From NCBI GenBank assembly GCA_964631955.1, contig CAZWBA010000014.1, forward strand, positions 8,027 to 72,026: a stretch of DNA of 64,000 nt, written 5' to 3'. Made by a program: the position numbers and the translations under genes. The notes under the pieces are model-generated. The model worked only from the letters and a program-made list of their open reading frames with translations, was not told the DNA's origin and did no database searches. Positions within the stretch are counted from its first letter, which is position 1, and every line of letters begins with the position of its first letter. Below, piece by piece: positions 32,793 to 42,310 of this stretch. The DNA is from an uncultured Verrucomicrobiaceae bacterium (GTDB taxonomy: Bacteria; Pseudomonadota; Gammaproteobacteria; Pseudomonadales; CAMLJR01).

Positions 32793-35654
32793 CTATGCAC
32801 GGCCTTCAACCATAGAAATTTCTTCCTCCGATAATTCATAGAGCGAATAAATCGATCGATCGATGCGTGTTTCTAGAGCGTCAATTTCTCTTTGGATTGT
32901 TCGTTCATCCTGGGGTGTTTTTGTTATTGATAGGCGATGTTTCAATGAAAGAATACGATCGACGTGAAGAACTATTTCTTCGATCTTTGCACTTTTCTTT
33001 GTATCAGCTCTAGTCAGATCAAATATGGGAAGTTCCTTTACTACTGTCGGCTTTATTTCAGCAAAAATCTTTCCTTTCTGCGGATTTCTTAACTTATAGA
33101 CGTAGCCTAAAAGGCGCGAATTGAGCAAGGCTAAAAGTAGCTTCAACGGAACAGTTGGGGAATAAATGATAAATAAGGAGTTTTGAGCGTAATATCCATT
33201 TTCATCAAAGCTGCATCGTAAACAATCGCTTGTACGACGCATTAAGATTTTTGGCCCTACCATCTGCGTTTCATTAGAGGTGTACATGAGCCATTTACCG
33301 TACTTTATATATTGATTTTTTGGATAGTCTATTTGATACCTGTTCACATCCGTTCCTAGGAGTAACGGTTTCCATTCATCACCATGCGAAACATCTGAAT
33401 GATATAAGCGAGATTTAAGAATTTCCTCAGTTTGTGGAGGAGTGCCATGACCCACTTGATAAGGCTTTATACCAAATATTATTGTGCACTCAGCCTTAAA
33501 AGGCTTTGAGAACGTTTTTAATTTCTTAATGAATTGATCGGAAATGTGATCACTTTCGAGAAGTATGCGAGCATATTCGTCACCGTTTAGCCATAAGGCT
33601 TTTGATACTTCTTGGTTAGTAGTAATGACCCCCCTTCGCAGGCGAATTGCCCTACACTTTCCCTCAGGGTCCTTATCTTTCCTCATGACAAAAGTAGAGC
33701 TTTCGACAATGGCCTTTTTGAAAACTCCATCTCCATAATCTCGAATTTCATCTATCGCATAGGCTAAAAATGCTTCTCTAAAGGATTTGGCTGAATTTAT
33801 TAATAGCCATGTATTTGGCGTAATGAAGCCAATGTAGCCCCCTTTTTTTGCTAATTCGATTGCTTTAGATATAAAGAATAAGTAGCTGTCTTTTGTCTTT
33901 GTTGGAACGATAGGGTGCTTCTTGAGCAAATATATTAAATCTTCTTTTCCAAACGTTGCTCCCCAAGGAGGGTTGCCAATAACCGCATCAAAACCGCCCT
34001 TCTTGAAAACTTTCGGAAATACTAAATCCCAATCAAAAAAATTGATGCGATTGATAATGTCATTGTCTAGGTTAAGTCTTTCCTCAAGAAAATCGGAGCT
34101 AACAAGGGAGTTTCCACACTGAATATTTTTCTCTAAATCCGGCAAAACCCGTTCGTGGAAAAGCTTCATCTGACCATTTATCGTTTGCTCAGACTCTCCT
34201 TCGAGCATTTTCAGAAGCAACGAAAGCTTCGAGACCTCAACTGCTTGAACATCTATGTCTACGCCATAAATGTGTTGAAGCAAAATGCGCTTTTTTTCAG
34301 AGGTTGTAAGCCGCCATGAACCTTTCGCGGCTGATAAAATTCGGGCGGTCTTTCCCTTACTATATTTTTCTGAGTTTTGAATATATTGGTCTAAATGCCA
34401 ATCGAGAAAATATTGATAAGCACCGATTAAAAATGAACCGGAGCCACAAGCAGGATCGATAACATATATTTCTTCGGCGTCTTTTAGACTTTTGTTTTCA
34501 AGCAACTTTCCTATTGTTCTTTCCAATAAATATTGGACAATATGTGGTGGCGTATAGAAAACACCGCCAGCTTTCTTTACTTCCGGCTTGTCCTCCACTA
34601 CTGCACGATTTCCCGGAGTAAGACGTATAACCTTTCCTAAGAATTGCTCGTAAACGCTGCCAAGGATGTCGGCACCCAGTACCGAAAATTCGTACGGGCA
34701 ATCGGGGTAATAAAGATTTTTGAAAATGTCCTTCAGAGGTTTATCATCAATTATCAAGCGCAGAGTTAGTTCGTCTACCCCTTGATTTCGATCCCTTTCT
34801 CTTTTGAAGTGAAAAAGCCCGGAGTTATAGCGATCATCCGCATCGCGAAACATGATTTGCAGCCTTGCGTATATATCTGTGCCGCGCTGGAGGGCTTGTA
34901 ATCTTCCATATGGTTCTATACCACGGTCCTCACATATTCTTAGGAATATTATTCTATCTATAGTTTGCTGTACCGAATAATTGAGCTCTTTGGCTGATAA
35001 ACCCGCATTGCGTAATGCGATATTTTTTGCCAATAGTTCACGCCAATTCTCAATTTCTTCTAGAAACGCATCATCTACTTCAGTTGTACCGCGTTTCCCC
35101 TTGGAGTTAATGGCGTACTTATCAAATGACCCTTTGAGAACGGCATCCTTCGAAAATATCGAGCTTATTTCTTCCCATCGATCTGCATATTCTTTATAAG
35201 TAAAATAAAACAGACGCGATGTACTCGCTTTGTCAGCTTTATCAGGTTTGATGCGACAGTCGTAAACTGCAAACTCTTCGAAGTCTGTCAAGATTGAAAG
35301 GGGAAGTTTTGCTGACCAAGCATATCGGCGCAACTGAAATGCTGGTTCGATATCGTTTTTCAAATTTACAGAGGGCTTTTTGGCCTCTAAGAAAAACTTC
35401 CTAGTACCCCCTACTCGAAAGCTATAGTCGGGGGCATGAGTTGTTGCACCTATCTTAATTGAATCCTCATGAATTACATCACGGTAGGCCTCGGCGTAGC
35501 CTAAACTATTATCAATATCCCAGCCCAGAGCTTTGAAGAAGGGATCTATATAATCTCTTCTTACTTGTGTCTCATTGTATTGTCCGCTTCTGTAGGCATC
35601 TATATTTCTATCAAAGTTTTCAATGAGGGCTAATAATGATGACGGAACGGACAT
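32793..35654 (-). CDS. type IIG/IIL restriction-modification fusion (PD-(D/E)xK nuclease + N6-adenine methyltransferase + TaqI-like specificity domain)
   Basis: 953-aa ORF. N-terminus YNETQVRRDYIDPFFKALGWDIDN and PDYSF...FLEAKKP; SAM motif VIDPACGSGSFL; catalytic VIGNPPWG; C-terminal LLALLNSRLLGYVY. Confidence 0.88.
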   Translation of the reverse strand: MSVPSSLLALIENFDRNIDAYRSGQYNETQVRRDYIDPFFKALGWDIDNSLGYAEAYRDVIHEDSIKIGATTHAPDYSFRVGGTRKFFLEAKKPSVNLKNDIEPAFQLRRYAWSAKLPLSILTDFEEFAVYDCRIKPDKADKASTSRLFYFTYKEYADRWEEISSIFSKDAVLKGSFDKYAINSKGKRGTTEVDDAFLEEIENWRELLAKNIALRNAGLSAKELNYSVQQTIDRIIFLRICEDRGIEPYGRLQALQRGTDIYARLQIMFRDADDRYNSGLFHFKRERDRNQGVDELTLRLIIDDKPLKDIFKNLYYPDCPYEFSVLGADILGSVYEQFLGKVIRLTPGNRAVVEDKPEVKKAGGVFYTPPHIVQYLLERTIGKLLENKSLKDAEEIYVIDPACGSGSFLIGAYQYFLDWHLDQYIQNSEKYSKGKTARILSAAKGSWRLTTSEKKRILLQHIYGVDIDVQAVEVSKLSLLLKMLEGESEQTINGQMKLFHERVLPDLEKNIQCGNSLVSSDFLEERLNLDNDIINRINFFDWDLVFPKVFKKGGFDAVIGNPPWGATFGKEDLIYLLKKHPIVPTKTKDSYLFFISKAIELAKKGGYIGFITPNTWLLINSAKSFREAFLAYAIDEIRDYGDGVFKKAIVESSTFVMRKDKDPEGKCRAIRLRRGVITTNQEVSKALWLNGDEYARILLESDHISDQFIKKLKTFSKPFKAECTIIFGIKPYQVGHGTPPQTEEILKSRLYHSDVSHGDEWKPLLLGTDVNRYQIDYPKNQYIKYGKWLMYTSNETQMVGPKILMRRTSDCLRCSFDENGYYAQNSLFIIYSPTVPLKLLLALLNSRLLGYVYKLRNPQKGKIFAEIKPTVVKELPIFDLTRADTKKSAKIEEIVLHVDRILSLKHRLSITKTPQDERTIQREIDALETRIDRSIYSLYELSEEEISMVEGRA

Positions 35655-35748
35655 GTTGAATTTCCATGTGGTTTAATAAATTCAATTGCATCCAACTTTG
35701 GTATTCTTTTTAAGTAAACTAAATTAGCACTTTTTTGAAGTTTAATCT

Positions 35749-37404
35749 TTAAGGAGGTCTATCCCTTCCCAAGTAATTGATTGAGTTACTGCCAAGATAA
35801 TTCGGTTCAAATGTCTGGCTTTTAATATCGCCCCATGTCAACCTAAACCGTCCTAAATATTTTCTCAGCCGATCAGCATCATTAGCGCTTTTGCGCGCTG
35901 TAAGTGATACATCAAATAATCTTCGACCAGCTTCGGAAAGGCTTCTCGATTCACAGCAAACGCGAATCACAGCATCCAATTGCACACGATCGAATAAATC
36001 AATCTTCGCAAGAGCATCAGGCGACAGATATTGCTCGATAAGCGATTGACCAGAAAGCTCATCGCCTCCCCACTGTTTCCGCAATCGGTCTATTTCTAAT
36101 TCCACGATCGGCAATGAAATTCGCCCGCCTTGCGCCAGCGTTGCCATGCGTGTAACCGATGCGGAAAGATCTCGAAAGTTGCCGTGCCATTTCGCTTGAT
36201 GCGATACAGCGAAATTCATGTAATGTTTGGCAGCTTCTTTGTTGAATCGAATTTGTTGGCGCATCTCTTGGCAAAATTGCTCCAGGAGATAATTTAAATT
36301 GGGCTCAATATCTTCAGCGCGTTGCGACAAACCAGGAAGCGCATAAGTCCATAAGTTAATGCGAGCGAACAAATCTTCCCGAAAGCGACCAGCGCTTACC
36401 TCTAAACGTAGATCGCGATTAGTGCCTGCGATTAACTGAAAATCGCTTTCTACTTCCCGATCACCGCCGAGCGGAAAAAATCGTTTTTCTTCGATCGCTT
36501 TAAGCAGCATCGCTTGTTCATCCAAACCAAGCTCACCGATTTCATCTAGAAACAACAGCCCTTTATTCGCTGTGCGCAATAGACCTGCGCGCTCCGTAGC
36601 GGCGCCCGTGAAAGCGCCTTTTAAATGCCCAAACAATGCAGAGGCAGCACCCTCTCCTCGCAATGTCGCGCAGTTCACTTCAACAAAACTTCCTGGCAAT
36701 TGATGCCGTGATTTTTTTAATTCAAATACCCGCTTTGCTAAAAACGATTTGCCTGCGCCAGTGGGACCCATTAATAAAATCGGTGCTTTGGAGCGAACAG
36801 CGACATGTTCGATTTCATCGATTAACTGATTGAAGTGTTTGTTGCGTGTGGCAATACCGGATTTTAAAAACGTGACGGCATCTTCGCGTTCGCGCTCAAA
36901 GCGCTGTGCAATTTGATTGTATTTCGATAAATCGAGATCGATGAGCGCATAACTGCCTGGTTCATTGAGTGCTTGGCGTTTCGGTGGCGAGGTCTGCAGT
37001 AATACGCCCGGAAAATACCGCGCTTCCGTCATGAGGAATAAACAAATTTGGGCGACGTGCGTGCCTGTGGTGATGTGAACCCAGTACTCTTCATTTTCCA
37101 GATCGAAAGCATACGAGTGCGCAAAATCGAATAACGCTCCATATACCTGCTCGAAATCCCACGGATCGGCAATCGGTAAATTAATGGCGTTGATCGTTGT
37201 CTCTGGCGAAACCGATGCAATGTCGGCGCGTAGTTGTTCGATCAGCGCTCCCGATCGGCCGTTGTCGAGTAATTCGATACGGCTCACCACCAAATCTTCG
37301 CGTTGGGTTAATGCGACGGTGGGACGCCATCGTTCCCAGCGACCACTGCCCTTGCCTGAATCGAGTTGGCTGCCAACAAAGCCAATAACGACGATCTTCT
37401 TCAT
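35749..37404 (-). CDS. rtcR: RtcR, sigma54-dependent activator with N-terminal CARF-like sensor
   Basis: 551-aa ORF; N-terminus MKKIVVIGFVGSQLDSGKGSGRWERWRPTVAL resembles E. coli RtcR; AAA+ LLMGPTGAGKSF, GAFTGA, LFLDEIGEL; divergent from rsr-rtcBA. Confidence 0.92.
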   Translation of the reverse strand: MKKIVVIGFVGSQLDSGKGSGRWERWRPTVALTQREDLVVSRIELLDNGRSGALIEQLRADIASVSPETTINAINLPIADPWDFEQVYGALFDFAHSYAFDLENEEYWVHITTGTHVAQICLFLMTEARYFPGVLLQTSPPKRQALNEPGSYALIDLDLSKYNQIAQRFEREREDAVTFLKSGIATRNKHFNQLIDEIEHVAVRSKAPILLMGPTGAGKSFLAKRVFELKKSRHQLPGSFVEVNCATLRGEGAASALFGHLKGAFTGAATERAGLLRTANKGLLFLDEIGELGLDEQAMLLKAIEEKRFFPLGGDREVESDFQLIAGTNRDLRLEVSAGRFREDLFARINLWTYALPGLSQRAEDIEPNLNYLLEQFCQEMRQQIRFNKEAAKHYMNFAVSHQAKWHGNFRDLSASVTRMATLAQGGRISLPIVELEIDRLRKQWGGDELSGQSLIEQYLSPDALAKIDLFDRVQLDAVIRVCCESRSLSEAGRRLFDVSLTARKSANDADRLRKYLGRFRLTWGDIKSQTFEPNYLGSNSINYLGRDRPP

Positions 37405-37546
37405 GATAACAACCGATAAATAGTTATCTCAAAGTATAAGTTATTTGGATTAATGAAGCCTGAATTTTACGCGATGGTTTGCTGGGTTAAATTTAAATCT
37501 TTTATTTTCAATGATTTATGAGAGTCATTATTGCCGAGTATGTGCT

Positions 37547-37562
37547 TGGCACGCCGTTCGCT
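37547..37562 (+). promoter_or_regulatory. sigma54 (-24/-12) promoter for rsr - Y RNA - rtcBA
   Basis: TGGCACGCCGTTCGCT versus consensus TGGCACG-N4-TTGC (one mismatch); about 40 nt upstream of the rsr ATG and next to the sigma54 activator gene. Confidence 0.75.
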
Positions 37563-37601
37563 CTAAGAGGGATATACAAGTCAAAACACAAGGAGATGAA
37601 C

Positions 37602-39152
37602 ATGGCGAATAAAACATTGTTTCAAGGCCAGCCAGGCCGCTTGCTCCCACGTGCTAACGCGATCAACGAGGCCGGTGGAAAGGCGTATGCCCTGAGCCCT
37701 AAACATCAGTTGGCGCAGTACGCCGTAACGGGTTGTTTGAATGGTACGTACTACGCGAGCGCTGAAACGCAATTGTCGACGCTGTTGGCGTTGTGCGAAG
37801 AAATTGAGCCGCGTTTTATTGCGCAAACGGCGATCTACTGCCGCGAGCAGGGTTACATGAAAGACAGCGCGGCATTGCTAGCAGCGATCTTAACGATGAC
37901 AGGCCAAGAGTTTTTGCCGCAGGTTTTTGAGCGCGTCATTAACAACGGAAAAATGCTGCGCAATTTCGTGCAAATTTTGCGTAGCGGTACGGTGGGTCGT
38001 AAATCGCTCGGAAGCCGTCCGAAAAAATTGGTGCAGCAATGGTTAAACACGGCATCGGAAAAAGCGTTGTTGAGTGCCGCAGTAGGTAACGATCCATCGC
38101 TTGCCGATGTGGTGAAAATGGTTCACCCGAAACCGAATGAAGCGTGGCGCGAAGCATTTTTTGCGTGGTTGATTGGAAAGCCGTATGACGTGGCTGCATT
38201 GCCACCGATCACGACAGCGTTTGAGGCGTATAAGCGCGATCGTTCGGCACCCATTCCGGATGTGCCTTTTCAAATGCTAACTGCATTGGAATTGGGACAA
38301 AACGAATGGGCGGAGATTGCGCGCAACGGTAGCTGGCAAATGACGCGTATGAACTTGAATACCTTTGCGCGTCATGGCGTGTTCGCTGTTGAGGGTATGA
38401 CGGCATTGATTGCAAAACGTTTGCGCGATGCAGAGGCAATCGCAAAAGCGCGCGTGTTTCCGTATCAATTGCTCGCGGCGTACAAATCAGCGAATGCAGA
38501 AGTGCCGTTGACTGTGCGTGAAGCGCTGCAAGACGCGATGGAGTTAGCACTGCGCAATGTGCCGACATTGCCGACGAATGTTGTGGTTTGCCCGGATGTG
38601 TCCGGTTCGATGGCATCGCCCATTACGGGTTATCGCGGTGCAGGTACGACGGCGGTTCGTTGTATCGATGTCGCAGCACTTTTTGCGGCAGCGGTATTGC
38701 GCAAAAACCCGAATGCGTTGGTGTTGCCGTTCGAAAACGATGTGGTATCGGTGCAATTGAATCCGCGCGATACGGTATTAACCAATGCAGCGAAACTCGC
38801 GGCGATTGGTGGAGGCGGAACGAATTGCAGTGCACCGCTGGTAAAAATGAATCAGAAAAACGTGAAAGCGGATCTGGTGATTTTTATCTCGGACAACCAA
38901 TCCTGGATGGATGGTCGTCCCGGTGCAACGGCAACGCTGCAAGAGTGGGAGCGTTTTCGTGTGCGTAATCCAAACGCGCAATTGGTGTGTGTGGATGTGC
39001 AACCGTACGGAACCACGCAAGCGAATGAGCGTAACGATATTTTAAATATCGGCGGATTTTCCGACGAGGTTTTCAACATCGTTAATGCGTTTGCGACGCA
39101 GCAATTGAATGCCGCGCATTGGGCTGGAGTGATTGAGGCCATTGCACTCTGA
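37602..39152 (+). CDS. rsr: Ro60 orthologue Rsr (TROVE + vWFA domains)
   Basis: MANKTLFQGQ...INEAGGKAYALSPKHQLAQYAVTGCLNGTYYAS TROVE N-terminus; MIDAS VCPDVSGSM. Start chosen at ATG 37602, 6 nt after AAGGAG. Confidence 0.9.
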   Translation: MANKTLFQGQPGRLLPRANAINEAGGKAYALSPKHQLAQYAVTGCLNGTYYASAETQLSTLLALCEEIEPRFIAQTAIYCREQGYMKDSAALLAAILTMTGQEFLPQVFERVINNGKMLRNFVQILRSGTVGRKSLGSRPKKLVQQWLNTASEKALLSAAVGNDPSLADVVKMVHPKPNEAWREAFFAWLIGKPYDVAALPPITTAFEAYKRDRSAPIPDVPFQMLTALELGQNEWAEIARNGSWQMTRMNLNTFARHGVFAVEGMTALIAKRLRDAEAIAKARVFPYQLLAAYKSANAEVPLTVREALQDAMELALRNVPTLPTNVVVCPDVSGSMASPITGYRGAGTTAVRCIDVAALFAAAVLRKNPNALVLPFENDVVSVQLNPRDTVLTNAAKLAAIGGGGTNCSAPLVKMNQKNVKADLVIFISDNQSWMDGRPGATATLQEWERFRVRNPNAQLVCVDVQPYGTTQANERNDILNIGGFSDEVFNIVNAFATQQLNAAHWAGVIEAIAL

Positions 39153-39240
39153 GGTTTTTGCCAGGAGGCGCCAACATAGCCAGGAGGCAACAGGCACAAG
39201 GGATGTGCTGAAGCTTCAGAGTCTTTTGCTTAAAAAGTTT

Positions 39241-39345
39241 TTGCGAATGCTGAGATGGATTACATCGGTAAAGCGGGAAACCGCGACGGGTTCGATTCCC
39301 GGGCACCAGGCAACTGGGGCACGATCCACTCAATCCTTGTCGCAA
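39241..39345 (+). ncRNA. Y RNA-like module 1 (closing stem plus T-arm-like hairpin, no D-arm)
   Basis: 5' TTGCGAATGC pairs with 3' CCTTGTCGCAA; internal CGGGTTCGATTCCCG hairpin; T-rich tail. Confidence 0.6.
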
Positions 39346-39355
39346 TCTTGGTTTT

Positions 39356-39462
39356 GACGCAAATGCCTGTAGGACTACATTTGTCGCCGGTTCGAACCCG
39401 GCCTGCAGTAATGCAGTAGCTCAGCGGGTAGAGCAGTGTTCCTACTAAACACTTGTTGCGTC
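39356..39462 (+). ncRNA. yrlA: YrlA-like Y RNA module 2 with permuted tRNA-like domain
   Basis: 5' GACGCAAATGC pairs with 3' CACTTGTTGCGTC; GCCGGTTCGAACCCGGC T-arm, then hairpin, then TAGCTCAGCGGGTAGAGCA D-arm; T-rich tail. Confidence 0.7.
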
Positions 39463-39506
39463 ATCTTGTTTTAAAAATTGTAAATGACACAGTGTTAAAA
39501 GTTTTT

Positions 39507-39630
39507 GGCGAATGCAGGTGAAACTACATCCCTATGAAGGAGGTGGTTGCGGGTTCGAATCCCGTCGGTCCCCAAATATGGGATCGTAGCTCAACGGTTA
39601 GAGCACCTTGTTTCACCGATCCTTGTCGCC
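39507..39630 (+). ncRNA. YrlA-like Y RNA module 3 with permuted tRNA-like domain
   Basis: 5' GGCGAATGC pairs with 3' CCTTGTCGCC; GCGGGTTCGAATCCCGT T-arm followed by GTAGCTCAACGGTTAGAGCAC D-arm. Confidence 0.7.
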
Positions 39631-39656
39631 AATTTTATTATGTTGGAAATGTTTTA

Positions 39657-39777
39657 GTGATGAATGCCGATGAAATTACAGGTAAGAGCAACAAGGTTCG
39701 CCTTGTGGTCCCGGGTTCAAGCCCCGGTCAGCAATCGCTGATAGCTCAGTAAAATATTTCATCACTTTTGTCATCAC
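39657..39777 (+). ncRNA. YrlA-like Y RNA module 4 (T-arm plus truncated D-arm)
   Basis: 5' GTGATGAATGC pairs with 3' CACTTTTGTCATCAC; CCGGGTTCAAGCCCCGG T-arm, TCAGC-AAT-CGCTGA hairpin, TAGCTCAGT; followed by GCC-TTTTTT. Confidence 0.65.
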
Positions 39778-39844
39778 GCCTTTTTTGAATTGAAAGTATT
39801 TAGGTTGATATTAAAAGTATTAGGCTCACGTATAGGTTAAGGCC

Positions 39845-41065
39845 ATGAAAAACGAACAGTACGATGTGTTGCAGGCTGCGAATGGGCGCCCGATTAAAAT
39901 GTGGACGCAAGGTGTGCCGGTTGAAGACGATGCCAAACGCCAATTGCAAAACACTGCGAGTATGCCGTTTATTTTTAAACACGTAGCGGTAATGCCCGAT
40001 GTGCATTTGGGAAAAGGCTCAACGATCGGTAGCGTGATTCCGACACTGGGCGCAATTATTCCTGCCGCTGTCGGTGTTGATATTGGCTGTGGAATGATCG
40101 CTACTAAAACCACGCTGACTGCATCGGATTTGCCGGATAATTTAGGACCGCTGCGTAGCGCAATTGAAAAGGCTGTCCCGCATGGTCGTACGCCGGGTCG
40201 TCAAGATCGCGGTGCTTGGTCCAATGCGCCAACAGCTGTCGATGAAGCTTGGTCGCAATTGCTGCCGGAGTTTGAACGCATCACGAGCAAATATCCGAAA
40301 TTAGCGCGCACAAATCATCGCGTTCATTTGGGAACCTTGGGAACGGGTAATCACTTTATCGAGGTGTGCTTGGATGAAAATCAATTTGTTTGGGTGATGT
40401 TGCATTCTGGATCGCGCGGTGTGGGTAATGCCATCGGTAATACCTTTATCGAATTGGCAAAAGCCGATATGCGTCGTCATTTTATTAATCTGCCCGACCA
40501 GGATTTAAGTTATTTTCAGGAAGGGACGGATCATTTCGATGATTACGTATTTGCGGTGGATTGGGCACAGCGTTACGCGAAATTGAATCGCGAAATCATG
40601 ATGCGACATGTAATCGCAGCGTTGCGTAAAGTGATTGATAAGCCGTTTGAAGCGCATCAAGAAGCGGTGAATTGCCACCATAATTATGTGCAACGCGAAA
40701 ACCATTTCAGTCAAAACGTATTGGTAACGCGTAAAGGTGCGGTATCGGCGCAGAAAGGCCAACTCGGAATTATTCCGGGGTCGATGGGAGCTCGCTCTTA
40801 CATCGTGCGTGGAAAAGGTAATGAAGAAGCGTTTTTCTCATGCAGCCACGGTGCGGGACGCACAATGTCACGTACCGAAGCGAAGCGGCGCTTTACGATT
40901 GCCGATCAAGTGCAGGCAACGAGCGGTGTTGAATGCCGTAAAGATGCTGACGTGATCGATGAAATTCCGATGGCCTATAAAGACATCGATGCCGTTATGC
41001 ACGCACAGCGCGATTTGGTGGATATTGTTCATACGCTAAAACAAGTGGTGTGTGTAAAAGGATGA
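39845..41065 (+). CDS. rtcB: RNA 3'-phosphate/2',3'-cyclic-phosphate ligase RtcB
   Basis: 406-aa ORF; PFIFKHVAVMPDVHLGKGSTIGSVIPT and downstream His/Cys metal ligands, near-colinear with E. coli RtcB as I recall it. Confidence 0.95.
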   Translation: MKNEQYDVLQAANGRPIKMWTQGVPVEDDAKRQLQNTASMPFIFKHVAVMPDVHLGKGSTIGSVIPTLGAIIPAAVGVDIGCGMIATKTTLTASDLPDNLGPLRSAIEKAVPHGRTPGRQDRGAWSNAPTAVDEAWSQLLPEFERITSKYPKLARTNHRVHLGTLGTGNHFIEVCLDENQFVWVMLHSGSRGVGNAIGNTFIELAKADMRRHFINLPDQDLSYFQEGTDHFDDYVFAVDWAQRYAKLNREIMMRHVIAALRKVIDKPFEAHQEAVNCHHNYVQRENHFSQNVLVTRKGAVSAQKGQLGIIPGSMGARSYIVRGKGNEEAFFSCSHGAGRTMSRTEAKRRFTIADQVQATSGVECRKDADVIDEIPMAYKDIDAVMHAQRDLVDIVHTLKQVVCVKG

Positions 41066-41106
41066 AAAGGCCGAGGGGAAAGACCCTCGGCACTTAAAAA
41101 GAATTA

Positions 41107-42138
41107 ATGAGAAGAATCATGTTGGAATTAGATGGATCGTTTGGTGAGGGCGGCGGACAAGTGCTGCGCTCTGCATTGTCTTTATCGATGTGCACAGGCA
41201 CGCCCTTTCGTATTGAGAATATTCGAGCTAAACGCAGTAAGCCGGGATTGATGCGTCAGCATTTAGCTGCTGTGTTAGCGGCTGTCGAAATTTGCGATGC
41301 ACAAGTGTCAGGCGCTGAACTTGGCTCGCAAACGCTGCAATTTATTCCCGGAAAAATTCGCAGTGGTAATTATCGCTTTGCTATCGGCACAGCGGGCAGC
41401 TGCACACTTGTATTGCAAACAGTATTACCTGCGTTGCTGCAAGCCGATGCACCGAGTTCGATTGTGCTGCAAGGCGGCACACACAATCCGATGGCTCCGA
41501 CATTTCATTTTCTTGAGCAAGCATTTTTGCCGCTGCTCAAAAAAATGGGCGCGGATGTTTCGATCACACTCGATCGCTTCGGTTTTTATCCGGCAGGCGG
41601 CGGACAGATTACTGTCCAAATTACGCCGGCTAAAAAATTATTGCCTTTAACTCTCATGGAGAGAGGAAATACCGTAACAGGGACAGCACATAGTTTAATT
41701 GCAGGCGTTCCAGCAAATGTTGCTAAACGTGAATTAGCGGCATTTGGGCAAGCATTGAATTGGGGTGAAGATCGCTTAAAGATTTTGCAGATTCGCCATG
41801 AAGAAGGTCCTGGCAATGTATTTCAAGTATTTTTAGAGCACGAGCATCTAACCGAAGTTTTCACAGGTTTTGGCGAGCGCGGTTTAGCGGCTGAATTAGT
41901 TGCTAAAGGTGTCGTGAAAGATGTGCGGGAATATCTCGTGTCAAACGCGGCAACCAGTCAATATTTGGGAGACCAATTATTGCTGCCGGTAGCGTTGGCG
42001 GGTGAAGGTGCATATAGCACCACGCGAATTTCCCAGCACATAAGCACGAATGCGCAAGTGATCGAAAAATTTCTGCCGATTGAGATTGAGGCAAGGAAAA
42101 TAGAGGGCGCGTACTGCGAGGTATATGTTCGTAGTTAA
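41107..42138 (+). CDS. rtcA: RNA 3'-terminal phosphate cyclase RtcA
   Basis: 343-aa ORF; MRRIMLELDGSFGEGGGQVLRSALSLSMCTGTPFRIENIRAKRSKPGLMRQHL matches the RtcA N-terminus. Confidence 0.93.
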   Translation: MRRIMLELDGSFGEGGGQVLRSALSLSMCTGTPFRIENIRAKRSKPGLMRQHLAAVLAAVEICDAQVSGAELGSQTLQFIPGKIRSGNYRFAIGTAGSCTLVLQTVLPALLQADAPSSIVLQGGTHNPMAPTFHFLEQAFLPLLKKMGADVSITLDRFGFYPAGGGQITVQITPAKKLLPLTLMERGNTVTGTAHSLIAGVPANVAKRELAAFGQALNWGEDRLKILQIRHEEGPGNVFQVFLEHEHLTEVFTGFGERGLAAELVAKGVVKDVREYLVSNAATSQYLGDQLLLPVALAGEGAYSTTRISQHISTNAQVIEKFLPIEIEARKIEGAYCEVYVRS

Positions 42139-42310
42139 ACGCGTATGCACTATTTCTAAGTTATATCTTGCTGAGATTGCAAAATATAACTGAAGCGATA
42201 TGCTGATGGTGTTTTGATGTATACGGAGTTTGGTTAGAAATAGTCAGATGTCAGAACGCCACCTGCGAAGGTCCGGGCCTTGCCCGTATAACCAAGTGCA
42301 TCCGAGAGCA

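Noticed and set aside
39241-39777. tRNA genes or tRNA pseudogenes (GGTTCGAATCC T-loops and TAGCTCAGCGGGTAGAGCA D-arms)
   Set aside because: The T-arm precedes the D-arm, there is no anticodon arm, and each unit is closed by its own long-range stem. This fits YrlA-type Y RNAs, not tRNAs.
42170-42260. Candidate distal Tn7-like end just after rtcA (TTGCAAAATATAACTGAAGCG, partly like the inverted 23-bp repeat; GTCAGATGTCAGAAC)
   Set aside because: The match needs an indel, the other look-alikes are in direct rather than inverted orientation, and no multi-site array is present.
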